Program-made: the position numbers and the translations under genes
Part shown: positions 1 to 8,207 of the stretch, piece by piece
Position numbering within the stretch: the first letter of the stretch is position 1
How the letters are laid out: every line of letters begins with the position of its first letter
The notes under the pieces: model-generated
What the model saw: the letters and a program-made list of their open reading frames with translations, nothing else
Database searches by the model: none
Told to the model about the DNA's origin: nothing
Assembly: GCA_041395025.1 (NCBI GenBank)
Contig: JAWLBH010000001.1
Span: 1,287,053 to 1,319,052 of the forward strand
Length of the DNA stretch: 32,000 bases
Reading direction: 5' to 3'
Source of the DNA: Chlamydiales bacterium
GTDB taxonomy: Bacteria; Chlamydiota; Chlamydiia; Chlamydiales; JAAKFR01

Positions 1-97
1 GCTCATCTTCTCGCTCTTGGAGCTTTTTAACCATTTCTTCATAATTTTCAGGATACTCGATAATTTCTTCTTTGTCGGCATGTTCTCCTTTGTTCAT
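1..97 (-). CDS. 5' end of an unidentified CDS running off the left edge (MNKGEHADKEEIIEYPENYEEMVKKLQEREDE...)
   Basis: ATG at 95-97 (minus strand). AAAGGAG Shine-Dalgarno (reverse complement of 107-113) lies 9 nt upstream. The frame stays open to the window edge. Only 32 codons are visible, so no family assignment is possible. Confidence 0.35.
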   Translation of the reverse strand, partial: MNKGEHADKEEIIEYPENYEEMVKKLQEREDE

Positions 98-180
98 CTA
101 TAGAAGCTCCTTTACTCTGATACGATGATTTCGTATGATAACAGAATTTAATTTTCTAAGAAATAGTTGAAAAGGAATGA

Positions 181-1437
181 ATGAAAAATCTTATTTACAA
201 ACTTAAAGAACGAGGTTTTATTGATAGTGTTACAGATCACAAACTCTTTAGTTTAACGAAACATCCTATCAAAGTATATGCTGGATTTGACCCTACTTCG
301 AATAGTTTACATCTTGGAAATTTAATTGCGATGATAGGGCTTGCATGGTTTCACCGTTTTGGTCACAAACCTATTGCTCTTATTGGGGGGGCAACTGGAA
401 TGATTGGAGATCCTTCTGGAAGAAATACCGAACGCAATATTCTGGATAGCAAGACAATTCATATCAACTCAATTGGAATTCGCCGCTCTCTTGAAGCAGT
501 GTTAAAAACTGATGTGATGATTTTAGATAACGCTTCTTGGTTTAGAGAGATGGGATATATTTCTTTTTTACGAGATATTGGCAAATTTTTTCGTCTAGGA
601 CCTATGTTAGCTAAAGAGAGTGTTAAAACGCGTCTGACTTCAAAAGAAGGGATTAGCTATACGGAATTCAGTTATCAACTATTTCAAGCGTATGATTTTC
701 TTCATCTTTTTAGAGAGCATGAGGTCACTCTTCAAATTGGAGGAAGTGATCAGTGGGGGAACATTGTTGCTGGAACTGAGTTAGTCCGTAGATTAACAGG
801 CACATCAGTGAATGGAATGACTTTTCCTCTTCTTACTCGTAGTGATGGTAAAAAATTTGGAAAAAGTGAAAAAGGTGCAATTTGGCTCAATCCTGATCGC
901 CTTCCTTCTTACGATTTTTATCAGTATTTTTTTTCTATTCCTGATGCGGATATTCCGAAAATGTTTCGCATGCTTACATTTTTAGATCTTGAGGAAATTC
1001 GTGAGATAGAAGATTCAATGAGAGCAAAAGACTATATCCCTAATTCAGCACAAAGACGATTAGCAGAAGAGGTCACGAAAATTGTTCATGGTCAACAAGG
1101 ATTGAACGAAGCAATTTCTATTACTAAAGCTGCTCAACCAGGAAGTCATACTCAACTTACATCGGAAACGCTTCGTACCCTTGTTTCTGGTCTACCCAGT
1201 CAGACTCTTTTAGTCGACAAAGTAGTTGGAGTCAAGTTAATTGATTTACTTGTTAAATGTCATCTTTTAGAAAGCAAAGGAGAAGCACGCCGTATGATTA
1301 TAGGAGGGGGAGTTTCTCTCAATAATGTTAAGGTCAGTGATGAGGAGTTGGTCTTATCCAAAACTCATCTTGTAGAAAATGAATTTGTTCTTATCAGTTT
1401 AGGTAAAAAAAAGAAGTTAGTCATTCGCATTTCTTAA
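181..1437 (+). CDS. tyrS: Tyrosine--tRNA ligase
   Basis: 418 aa. Class I HIGH-type motif HLGN, KMSKS-type motif KFGKS, and a C-terminal S4-like RNA-binding domain (GEARRMIIGGGVSLNNVKV). Confidence 0.95.
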   Translation: MKNLIYKLKERGFIDSVTDHKLFSLTKHPIKVYAGFDPTSNSLHLGNLIAMIGLAWFHRFGHKPIALIGGATGMIGDPSGRNTERNILDSKTIHINSIGIRRSLEAVLKTDVMILDNASWFREMGYISFLRDIGKFFRLGPMLAKESVKTRLTSKEGISYTEFSYQLFQAYDFLHLFREHEVTLQIGGSDQWGNIVAGTELVRRLTGTSVNGMTFPLLTRSDGKKFGKSEKGAIWLNPDRLPSYDFYQYFFSIPDADIPKMFRMLTFLDLEEIREIEDSMRAKDYIPNSAQRRLAEEVTKIVHGQQGLNEAISITKAAQPGSHTQLTSETLRTLVSGLPSQTLLVDKVVGVKLIDLLVKCHLLESKGEARRMIIGGGVSLNNVKVSDEELVLSKTHLVENEFVLISLGKKKKLVIRIS

Positions 1438-1624
1438 GTGCGTTTTTATGATCTTTTTCTATTCTATTCTAATCCCAACTAGTTGATAACCAAGAGTAAA
1501 ATAGATTTATATTTTTTCTGAATATGAATCTTTATATATTGATAGAAATCAATATCTTATAAAATAAATCTCTTTAAAATAATGGAAATTTAGCTAAAAA
1601 AAATGTCTTTTTGTAAAAATTCTC

Positions 1625-1652
1625 TTGAAACGAAAATGTAGATAGATATTAT
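1625..1652 (+). promoter_or_regulatory. Candidate sigma70-type promoter for the HU/IHF gene (TTGAAA-N16-TATTAT)
   Basis: TTGAAA at 1625-1630 and TATTAT at 1647-1652 with a 16-nt spacer, about 95 nt upstream of the ATG at 1748. This is an AT-rich context, so a chance match is possible. Confidence 0.3.
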
Positions 1653-1679
1653 ACGGCTATAACTCAATAAAATAAGAGA

Positions 1680-1704
1680 GAGAATGCTTAGTTTTAGCAT
1701 TCTC
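1680..1704 (+). other. Perfect 9-bp stem-loop (GAGAATGCT-tagtttt-AGCATTCTC) in the putative 5' leader of the HU/IHF gene
   Basis: Read directly from the sequence. It sits between the candidate promoter and the AGGAGG RBS (1734-1739). No U-run follows, only AAUUUC. Confidence 0.4.
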
Positions 1705-1747
1705 AATTTCGGTACTACCGACAAGTTCAAACTAGGAGGCACAAATT

Positions 1748-2047
1748 ATGGCAACCATGACCAAGAAGAAATTGATCACGACCATCTCGCAGGATGAAGG
1801 ACTTCATCCAAATCATGTTCGTGCAGTTATCCAAAATTTTCTCGATAAGATGACAGAAGCCTTAGCAAAAGGAGACCGTCTAGAATTTCGTGATTTTGGA
1901 GTTTTACAAGTTGTGAAAAGAAAACCAAAAATTGGTCGTAATCCAAAGAACTCATCTGTTCCCATTCATATTCCAGCACGTCGAGCGGTTAAATTTACGC
2001 CAGGAAAGAAGATGCGTCGCTTAATTGAAACATCAAAAGGTGAATAA
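1748..2047 (+). CDS. HU/IHF-family DNA-binding protein
   Basis: 99 aa. Typical HU/IHF beta-arm region GRNPKNSSVPIHIPARRAVKFTPGKKM. AGGAGG SD lies 8 nt upstream. Its position next to a CT266-like gene and accA matches the chlamydial IHF/HU (CT267) locus as I recall it. Confidence 0.9.
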   Translation: MATMTKKKLITTISQDEGLHPNHVRAVIQNFLDKMTEALAKGDRLEFRDFGVLQVVKRKPKIGRNPKNSSVPIHIPARRAVKFTPGKKMRRLIETSKGE

Positions 2048-2081
2048 AAAAACAGGTGTTTTTTTCCTAATTCAATATGTT

Positions 2082-2109
2082 ACCCTTAGTAAAAGCTAAG
2101 GGTTTTTTT
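2082..2109 (+). terminator. Rho-independent terminator of the HU/IHF gene
   Basis: Stem ACCCTTAG (2082-2089), loop taaaag, stem CTAAGGGT (2096-2103), running into a T-run 2103-2109. It lies 35 nt after the stop codon. Confidence 0.75.
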
Positions 2110-3039
2110 ATGCAAGAAAGAGAAATGTCATTTGAAGAGGCACTGTTTCCATGGGGCGATCTTCCTTATCCTTGCGAATACGCAAAGAGAGGTTTCGATC
2201 TAGCACAAAGAGGAGAAATTGAAAAAGCGAAGAAAATGACAAGATTTTACCAAGCGACTCTTGACCACTATGATCGACCGATTTATTCATTTTTTCAACA
2301 AGAAAAAGGAGGGCGTTTTCAGGAGCTTGAGAGAGCGAGTCATGCCTTTTTAAAAGCATGTGATGTTCAACCATTATCTCAATACCATTTTATCGACTCT
2401 CAATTAGGGATCCTTTATCATCGACAAGAAGAACAAACTATTCTTTGTTTGGGATCAGGTTGTAAAAGTGGGATGGGTGCTTTTTTTGTTGGTAAAGTAG
2501 GGGTGGTGAATTTTGGTCCACAGTTAAAGCCACTTGGCGACTGTTCTGGATTTGGGCTAGCTGGGAAAGGAAGAAATATAGAGATTTCAGAAAATCTTTT
2601 AAGTTACCAATGTCGTTTAGCTGCCCCGCATCATAGAGATACTGGTATTTCTTGGTTAAAAGATTCAGGTTACTGCGGAGCTTGGATTGAAAGTAGATGT
2701 GCAATAGATGATAATTGTTTAGATATCACGAGTCGGATTGAAGGGTTTCGCCCCCTTTCTGATTTTATTTTTACTTACTTTATGAAAGCGCAAACTTGTT
2801 ATGTTGCTGGATCTCATAAATTGACTGCTCATTCACTTGATCGTTATCAAGGTCCACCTCAACCAATCAAAATCGATGGTTTAGTAGTTAACCCATGTGA
2901 AGGGTTTTGCAACATGGAAGTGATCCCATTAGCTGGAGATAATAGTTTTTGGGAAGCAGATTTTATGATTTCTTTTAAGATATTAAGGAAAAATTTTCAT
3001 TTTACGATCAACACCTATAAAAATCTCTCATTGAAGTAA
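2110..3039 (+). CDS. Conserved hypothetical protein (positional equivalent of chlamydial CT266)
   Basis: Long ORF with no motif I recognise. I moved the start from the ORF-track 2077 to the ATG at 2110 (MQEREMSFEE...) because 2082-2109 is an intrinsic terminator. An ATG at 2125 is an alternative start. Confidence 0.6.
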   Translation: MQEREMSFEEALFPWGDLPYPCEYAKRGFDLAQRGEIEKAKKMTRFYQATLDHYDRPIYSFFQQEKGGRFQELERASHAFLKACDVQPLSQYHFIDSQLGILYHRQEEQTILCLGSGCKSGMGAFFVGKVGVVNFGPQLKPLGDCSGFGLAGKGRNIEISENLLSYQCRLAAPHHRDTGISWLKDSGYCGAWIESRCAIDDNCLDITSRIEGFRPLSDFIFTYFMKAQTCYVAGSHKLTAHSLDRYQGPPQPIKIDGLVVNPCEGFCNMEVIPLAGDNSFWEADFMISFKILRKNFHFTINTYKNLSLK

Positions 3040-3052
3040 AACTACTTTCTTA

Positions 3053-3229
3053 TTTCTCATAGAGTCTATGACTACAGATCATTTACCAAAGACCACAGCA
3101 TGCTTTAATACTATCTGAGCGACAGATGGACTTTAAAGATGAAATGAGTACTTTTCAAAAAAAGCATTAGGCAAATTTGGAGTATTAAAGCATGATCAGT
3201 TGTCTAGAGCTCAAATCTTCTATGAGAAA
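3053..3229. repeat. Nested inverted repeats (11-bp outer, 14-bp inner) in the accA upstream intergenic region
   Basis: Outer pair: TTTCTCATAGA 3053-3063 with TCTATGAGAAA 3219-3229. Inner pair: CATGCTTTAATACT 3099-3112 with AGTATTAAAGCATG 3181-3194. Both pairs are perfect. The arms between them are asymmetric (35 nt versus 24 nt). Confidence 0.6.
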
Positions 3230-3377
3230 AACAGGGTTTTCAAATGAATCATAATAGTTTTTAGATCTGATTTTCTTAGTATACTAAATATATTAACTAA
3301 AAAGATTTAAATAGGTAAGTTGAAAGTTAATCTTCTATATTGTATCATTTTCTTTTAAAGTTATTTAGGGACTATCG

Positions 3378-4370
3378 ATGGATATTTTGCCTCATGAAAA
3401 ACAAATTGTTGAATATGAAAGAACTATTCAACAATTTAAAGAGCAAAATCAAAAAAATTCTTTATTTTCTCAAGAAGAGATCCATAAATTTCAAAAAAAA
3501 CTGAATAAGTTAAAAGAAAATATATATTCCAATCTAACTCCATGGGAACGGGTTCAAATTTGTCGTCATCCGAAGCGTCCACGTTCTACTGACTATATTC
3601 AAAATATTTGTGAAGATTTTATTGAAATTTTTGGAGATCGTCATTTTAGTGATGACCGTGCTGTAATTGGGGGGCTTGGTAAGATTAATGGACGGAAATT
3701 TATGATCATTGGTCAAGAGAAGGGAAACGATACAGAAAGTCGCCTTCATCGGAATTTTGGGATGCTTCATCCAGAAGGTTTTCGTAAAGGACTTCGTCTT
3801 GCTAGATTGGCTGAAAAATTTCATCTTCCTGTTGTTTTTCTTCTTGATACTCCTGGAGCGTACCCCGGATTAACGGCTGAGGAACGTGGACAAGGTTGGG
3901 CAATTGCCTATAATTTAAGAGAGCTTGTCCGTCTTACAACACCGGTGATTGTATTGATTGTGGGCGAAGGATGTTCAGGAGGTGCTCTTGGAATGGGAAT
4001 AGGAGATGTGATTGGGATGCTTGAACATGCCTATTATTCTGTGATTTCTCCTGAAGGGTGTGCATCTATTTTATGGAAAGATGCTGGAAAAAATAGTGAG
4101 GCAGCAGCAACTCTTAAAATGCAAGCTGAGGATCTAGTGAATTTTTCTGTAATTGATCATATTATCTATGAACCGATGGGAGGTGCTCATCATGATCGAG
4201 ATCAGATTTATCGAGATGTAAAAGCTTTTATTTTAGAAAAATGGGATCTACTCAAATGCTATCCTCCTGAAGTACTACTCGAAAGACGCTATCAAAAATT
4301 TCGCAAAATGGGGCAATTCCAAACGGTAAATCATGAAACTTCTTCTCAAGTCAGCTCTGCTGAATCGTAA
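3378..4370 (+). CDS. accA: Acetyl-CoA carboxylase carboxyltransferase subunit alpha
   Basis: 330 aa. Motifs [39 protein letters not shown] and [10 protein letters not shown] are typical of AccA. Confidence 0.95.
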   Translation: MDILPHEKQIVEYERTIQQFKEQNQKNSLFSQEEIHKFQKKLNKLKENIYSNLTPWERVQICRHPKRPRSTDYIQNICEDFIEIFGDRHFSDDRAVIGGLGKINGRKFMIIGQEKGNDTESRLHRNFGMLHPEGFRKGLRLARLAEKFHLPVVFLLDTPGAYPGLTAEERGQGWAIAYNLRELVRLTTPVIVLIVGEGCSGGALGMGIGDVIGMLEHAYYSVISPEGCASILWKDAGKNSEAAATLKMQAEDLVNFSVIDHIIYEPMGGAHHDRDQIYRDVKAFILEKWDLLKCYPPEVLLERRYQKFRKMGQFQTVNHETSSQVSSAES

Positions 4371-6255
4371 ACACTATGCACTTCTTTTAGTGACAATTTT
4401 AGCGATGTTCATGCTGACTATTGGTTCGCAAATGGAAATGTTTGCACTAGGCGTAATTACAAAAATGGGTCCCGATTTTTTTACTCTTTTTGGGACAGAA
4501 AAAGAGGGTAGACTACAGCAAGCAAATAGTGTCACTTTAGATCAAGTTGAATCGAAATGGGGAGTAATTGCTTCAACACCACGGGGCCCGATTAGTATTG
4601 ATGCAGCCAATGCTTATATCAGTCATCGAGGAGGAATGACGATTGTTCAAAGGCTTGTGGCTTTTTTAGATCGACATTTTGATATTCATAGGCATCTTGT
4701 TCACTTGGCTTTTATTTTGATTTTTGTTGCTTTTTTCAAAGCCACAGCGCTTTTTTTTCATCGCTATTTGACTCAGTTGATTTCGATTCGTGTTAGTCGT
4801 GATTTACGTCAACAGTATTTTGAGCATATTCAATCACTTCCAATGAAGTTTTATCATGATTACGATATTGGCAGCCTTTCAGCTCGTGTGTCTGGTGATG
4901 CAGGAGTTGTAGCATCTGCGATTAATTCCCTTTTATTGAACTATATCCAAGCTCCTTTTGCTGTGATTTCCACTCTTTTTGCTTGTTTTTACATTTCTTG
5001 GAAGCTTTCAGTTGTTATTTTTATTGGGTTTCCAATTATTGTCCTTCCTATCATTTATATTGCGAAAAAGATTAAAGCTATTTCTAAGCAAATGCAACGA
5101 AACCAAGAAGGATTTGCAGCCGTCTTATTGGATTTTTTAAGTGGGGTGATGACCATTAAAGTGTTTGCTATGGAGTCTTTTTCTCTCAAGAAATACAAAG
5201 AACAAAATAACAAGATGGCCTATCTTGAAGAGTGTAGTGCACGTTTTGGCACAGCTGCACGTCCGTTGCTCCATACTATCTCTTCTCTTTTTTTCGCATT
5301 GGTTATCTTATTTGGACTCTATTTTTTTCACTTAGCTGCAGCAGAATTATTTGTTTTTTGCGGCCTTCTTTATGTCTTTTATGAGCCTATTAAAAAATTT
5401 GCTGAAGAAAATAATAATATTTTTCGTGGAATCGCTGCTTCTGAACGGATGTATGAAGTGCTTAATATCGATTCAGCAATTCAAGATGAGCCAGATGCAA
5501 TGAATTTTATAGAACTCAAAGAGCTCATTGAATTCCGTAATGTCTCTTTTCGATATCGAGATGAATGGATTATCAAAAATGTAAGTTTTACAATTAAAAA
5601 AGGAGAAACCGTCGCTCTTTTAGGACCTACTGGAGCTGGTAAATCTACTCTTGTTAAACTCCTTCCAAGGCTCTATGACATTCAAGAAGGAGATATTTTG
5701 ATTGATGGAAGATCGATCAAAAAATATACTCAAAAATCCTTAAGAGAAGGTATCGCTTTCATTCCTCAAAAACCTTTTCTTTTTTTTGATACGATTCGTG
5801 CAAATATTGCTTTTGGGCAAAACTTTACAGATCAGGAGATTCGTGCAGCTGCTCGTTCTGCTCATGCTGAAGAATTTATTGTTCAGTTACCTAATAGTTT
5901 TGATTTTCAATTAGAAGAGTCGGGGAAAAATCTGTCTGGTGGTCAACAGCAAAGAATTGCAATAGCTCGTGCTTTAGTAAAAAATGCTCCGATTCTTGTC
6001 ATGGATGAAGCAACTTCTTCACTTGATGTGGTCAGTGAAGGAAGAATTCGAGATGCGATTTGTAATTTACATGGAAAATTGACACAAATTATTATTGCTC
6101 ATCGGTTTTCAACGATTGAACATGCTGATAAAATTGTTTACTTAGAAAATGGCACTAAGATAGGAGAAGGATCTAAAGAAGAATTAATCAAAAATTGTCC
6201 TAGTTTTCATCGCATGTATAGCCTGTGGCATAAGCAGGGAACAGGTTTAGAATAA
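4333..6255 (+). CDS. msbA: ABC exporter, fused permease/ATPase, MsbA-like (lipid A/lipid flippase family)
   Basis: 640 aa. N-terminal multi-TM exporter domain. Walker [10 protein letters not shown], signature LSGGQQQR, Walker [11 protein letters not shown]-loop IAHR. The start overlaps the accA 3' end by 38 nt. There appears to be an extra ~70-aa loop between TM1 and TM2 relative to E. coli MsbA as I recall it. Confidence 0.88.
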   Translation: MKLLLKSALLNRKHYALLLVTILAMFMLTIGSQMEMFALGVITKMGPDFFTLFGTEKEGRLQQANSVTLDQVESKWGVIASTPRGPISIDAANAYISHRGGMTIVQRLVAFLDRHFDIHRHLVHLAFILIFVAFFKATALFFHRYLTQLISIRVSRDLRQQYFEHIQSLPMKFYHDYDIGSLSARVSGDAGVVASAINSLLLNYIQAPFAVISTLFACFYISWKLSVVIFIGFPIIVLPIIYIAKKIKAISKQMQRNQEGFAAVLLDFLSGVMTIKVFAMESFSLKKYKEQNNKMAYLEECSARFGTAARPLLHTISSLFFALVILFGLYFFHLAAAELFVFCGLLYVFYEPIKKFAEENNNIFRGIAASERMYEVLNIDSAIQDEPDAMNFIELKELIEFRNVSFRYRDEWIIKNVSFTIKKGETVALLGPTGAGKSTLVKLLPRLYDIQEGDILIDGRSIKKYTQKSLREGIAFIPQKPFLFFDTIRANIAFGQNFTDQEIRAAARSAHAEEFIVQLPNSFDFQLEESGKNLSGGQQQRIAIARALVKNAPILVMDEATSSLDVVSEGRIRDAICNLHGKLTQIIIAHRFSTIEHADKIVYLENGTKIGEGSKEELIKNCPSFHRMYSLWHKQGTGLE

Positions 6256-6466
6256 ACTCCCCGAGAGTATTTTATTGATTTTTGACTATCAATCCTTTTC
6301 ATCTTTTGCTTCATTATTTTCGTCAATCTCAGAATCATCTTTATCAACCAGATTTGTAAGATATGTTTGAAGAAGATTTTCTTCAGTTGAATGAAAGACC
6401 AGGTAATAAGTTATTCATAGTCATCGCGATAGGAAGCGAAAAAAAATAACTATTGAAAGAAAAATA

Positions 6467-7498
6467 TTATGTCTTCTCATTAAAAGAAAAAGCAGACTGT
6501 TCTTTTAGATGTAACTTCTCCATATCTTCTTCTGCTTTTTTTAATGACTTATAGTAGCAAATTCTCGGTTGAGAATGCAGATGAATTTCATAGCCTATTA
6601 GATGATCACTGAAATCATACTTAGATATGAATCGATACTGACCCTTATCTAATAAGCCAAATGTTTTATTATACGTTGCTTGTAAAGATTGTGTTTGTTT
6701 AAAAAATTTAGGATATTTACGTTTAACATAGTGAGAAGGATAACTAGGCGTAGTCTCGTTGAATTGTGATGCAGCATTTTTATAAAGCGAGCTTTTTAGT
6801 CCTCTAGCATGGTGATCTAATTCTTTTCTATCTTTAAAACAGAAGACTTTAATCTCCTCATCTTCGCTATCTCTTTGGATTGAGAACCAATGAGTCACTT
6901 CGATACTATCAAAACGCTGCCCACTGAGTAACCAGAATTGACCTAGTCCAATTTTTAGATCGATTTCTTGTTCTTTAATATACTTCTTTAAAGATGGCAA
7001 GAGTGTTGCTATTTCTTCTCTAGACACCTGTTTTTTGTAATAACTATTCATTAAATTCAGAATCATTGCTATATCAATGATAAAGATCCCGACTCCTCCA
7101 ATCAGCATGCCATAGACTCCTCCTTTTCCTAGCAAGTTAGCAAATGTATTTATAGAATTTAGTAGAGAGATTCCATGAAAGGAGAGAGCAGCAAGAGCAG
7201 AAACAATCACTGCAATCAGCGCAAATACCGCTATGACAATGAATATGATCTTTTTAATTTCATTGTGCTTTCTTTTTTTTATTGTAGAAATAATCTGTTT
7301 TTTTTGAGCCTGAGAAAGAGGTTTGACTCGATCAAAAAAAAAGGATAGTTCTTTTGCATAAGGAGGATACACAGAACTATGAGGGGGCATTTGTCTCATA
7401 CTATCTCCTTGCCAAGACGCATTTTGATACTGAGATTGTTTTATGATTGTTCTATCAAGATTAGAGTGTTTTAATGATCCAGTGGGATACATATCCAA
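6467..7498 (-). CDS. Hypothetical membrane protein with a bilobed hydrophobic domain (Inc-like candidate type III substrate)
   Basis: 343 aa. About 80 aa of polar, low-complexity N-terminus. Two hydrophobic segments at aa 84-107 (IIFIVIAVFALIAVIVSALAALSF) and aa 127-150 (VYGMLIGGVGIFIIDIAMILNLM), separated by a ~19-aa loop. About 190 aa of soluble C-terminus. I recognise no enzymatic motif. Confidence 0.6.
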   Translation of the reverse strand: MDMYPTGSLKHSNLDRTIIKQSQYQNASWQGDSMRQMPPHSSVYPPYAKELSFFFDRVKPLSQAQKKQIISTIKKRKHNEIKKIIFIVIAVFALIAVIVSALAALSFHGISLLNSINTFANLLGKGGVYGMLIGGVGIFIIDIAMILNLMNSYYKKQVSREEIATLLPSLKKYIKEQEIDLKIGLGQFWLLSGQRFDSIEVTHWFSIQRDSEDEEIKVFCFKDRKELDHHARGLKSSLYKNAASQFNETTPSYPSHYVKRKYPKFFKQTQSLQATYNKTFGLLDKGQYRFISKYDFSDHLIGYEIHLHSQPRICYYKSLKKAEEDMEKLHLKEQSAFSFNEKT

Positions 7499-7562
7499 AC
7501 TATAAAGTTTTTTAAAAAGCTCACCCTAAAAAAAGTCATTAAAAAATGATATGTTTTTTATC

Positions 7563-8207
7563 TTAACAATGGAAGGGGGATCGATCAGCATCTAATAATT
7601 TTGTTACTAATTTAAATATAGATTTAGAAATCATCATCTTATTAGTTTGAATGATTTTTTTCCCTCCTGGTGAGGCAAAGTCTGAAACAATCTTCCATAT
7701 TCTACACGATATTTTAAGGGATGAGGCTGCATAAGCAATTCCATATCCCTCCATATCTACTAATTCCCAATTCTGGCGTAAATAGTTACGATGGGTTTCA
7801 TGATGAATAGGAAAGTAAGATGAAACTAATCTGGCACCTTTTTTAAAAATGAAAGATTCTGAGTTATTTGTTTCTATGGTTGATTGATTGAATTGAGGAT
7901 AGTGATATTTTCCAATCATTCCGATTTCAAAAATCTGACCAATAGAAAAAGTATCTTGTAAAGCTCCTGCCATTCCAAAGTTCCAGATTTCTTTAAAATC
8001 ATGTGAAAAATATTTGTAAACAGCTTGTTCTGCTGCATTGATGCCTACCCCGCTAATCACAATTAATCCTTCATCGAATAGATAAGCAAGAGGGGTTCTT
8101 TGTTTTGAAGTTGTATTTTTTTCCAAACTAAATGATTTAATCTTTAGATGGCAAAGTGTTACGTATGCTTCAATCTCTGTGGCAAATATAAGTATTTTTC
8201 TAGACAT
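7563..8207 (-). CDS. mqnB: Futalosine hydrolase / MTA-SAH-nucleosidase-family protein (CT263-like)
   Basis: 214 aa. Nucleosidase-type N-terminus KILIFATEIEA and an MEGYGIAYAA motif of the PNP_UDP_1 fold. It sits immediately downstream of mqnD and overlaps it by 49 nt. Confidence 0.7.
   Translation of the reverse strand: MSRKILIFATEIEAYVTLCHLKIKSFSLEKNTTSKQRTPLAYLFDEGLIVISGVGINAAEQAVYKYFSHDFKEIWNFGMAGALQDTFSIGQIFEIGMIGKYHYPQFNQSTIETNNSESFIFKKGARLVSSYFPIHHETHRNYLRQNWELVDMEGYGIAYAASSLKISCRIWKIVSDFASPGGKKIIQTNKMMISKSIFKLVTKLLDADRSPFHC

Noticed and set aside
98-180. Possible T-box or other leader upstream of tyrS.
   Set aside because: The divergent intergenic region is only 83 bp, with no specifier or antiterminator-like structure. 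T-box leaders are far longer.
2046-2065. A7CA-gg-TGT7 complementary runs right after the HU/IHF stop codon, considered as the terminator.
   Set aside because: The stem is nearly all A:U with a 2-nt loop and would be very unstable. The GC-containing hairpin with a T-run at 2082-2109 is the credible terminator.
2077-2109. First 11 codons of the ORF-track call 2077-3039 (MLPLVKAKGFF).
   Set aside because: They coincide exactly with the stem-loop and T-run of the intrinsic terminator of the upstream HU/IHF gene.
3068-3170. Two tiny ORFs inside the nested inverted-repeat element (3068-3118, 16 aa MTTDHLPKTTACFNTI; 3126-3170, 14 aa MDFKDEMSTFQKKH).
   Set aside because: No RBS, trivial length, and they are explained by chance in a 338-bp gap.
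6274-6293. AT-rich hairpin ATTGAT-ttttgact-ATCAAT after msbA, and a 4-bp GGCA-ggaaa-TGCC hairpin near 19393-19405 after mutY, both considered as terminators.
   Set aside because: The stems are too short or weak and the downstream U-tracts are poor. Calling them terminators would be over-interpretation.
6289-6424. Minus-strand acidic reading frame in the msbA/Inc-like gap (...TEENLLQTYLTNLVDKDDSEIDENNEAKDEKD*), preceded by out-of-frame ATGs (6416-6418, 6422-6424) that run only 11-13 codons.
   Set aside because: No in-frame start codon, and a frameshift would be needed to join the two pieces. At best it is a decayed gene remnant. I note it only as context for the Inc-like insertion.
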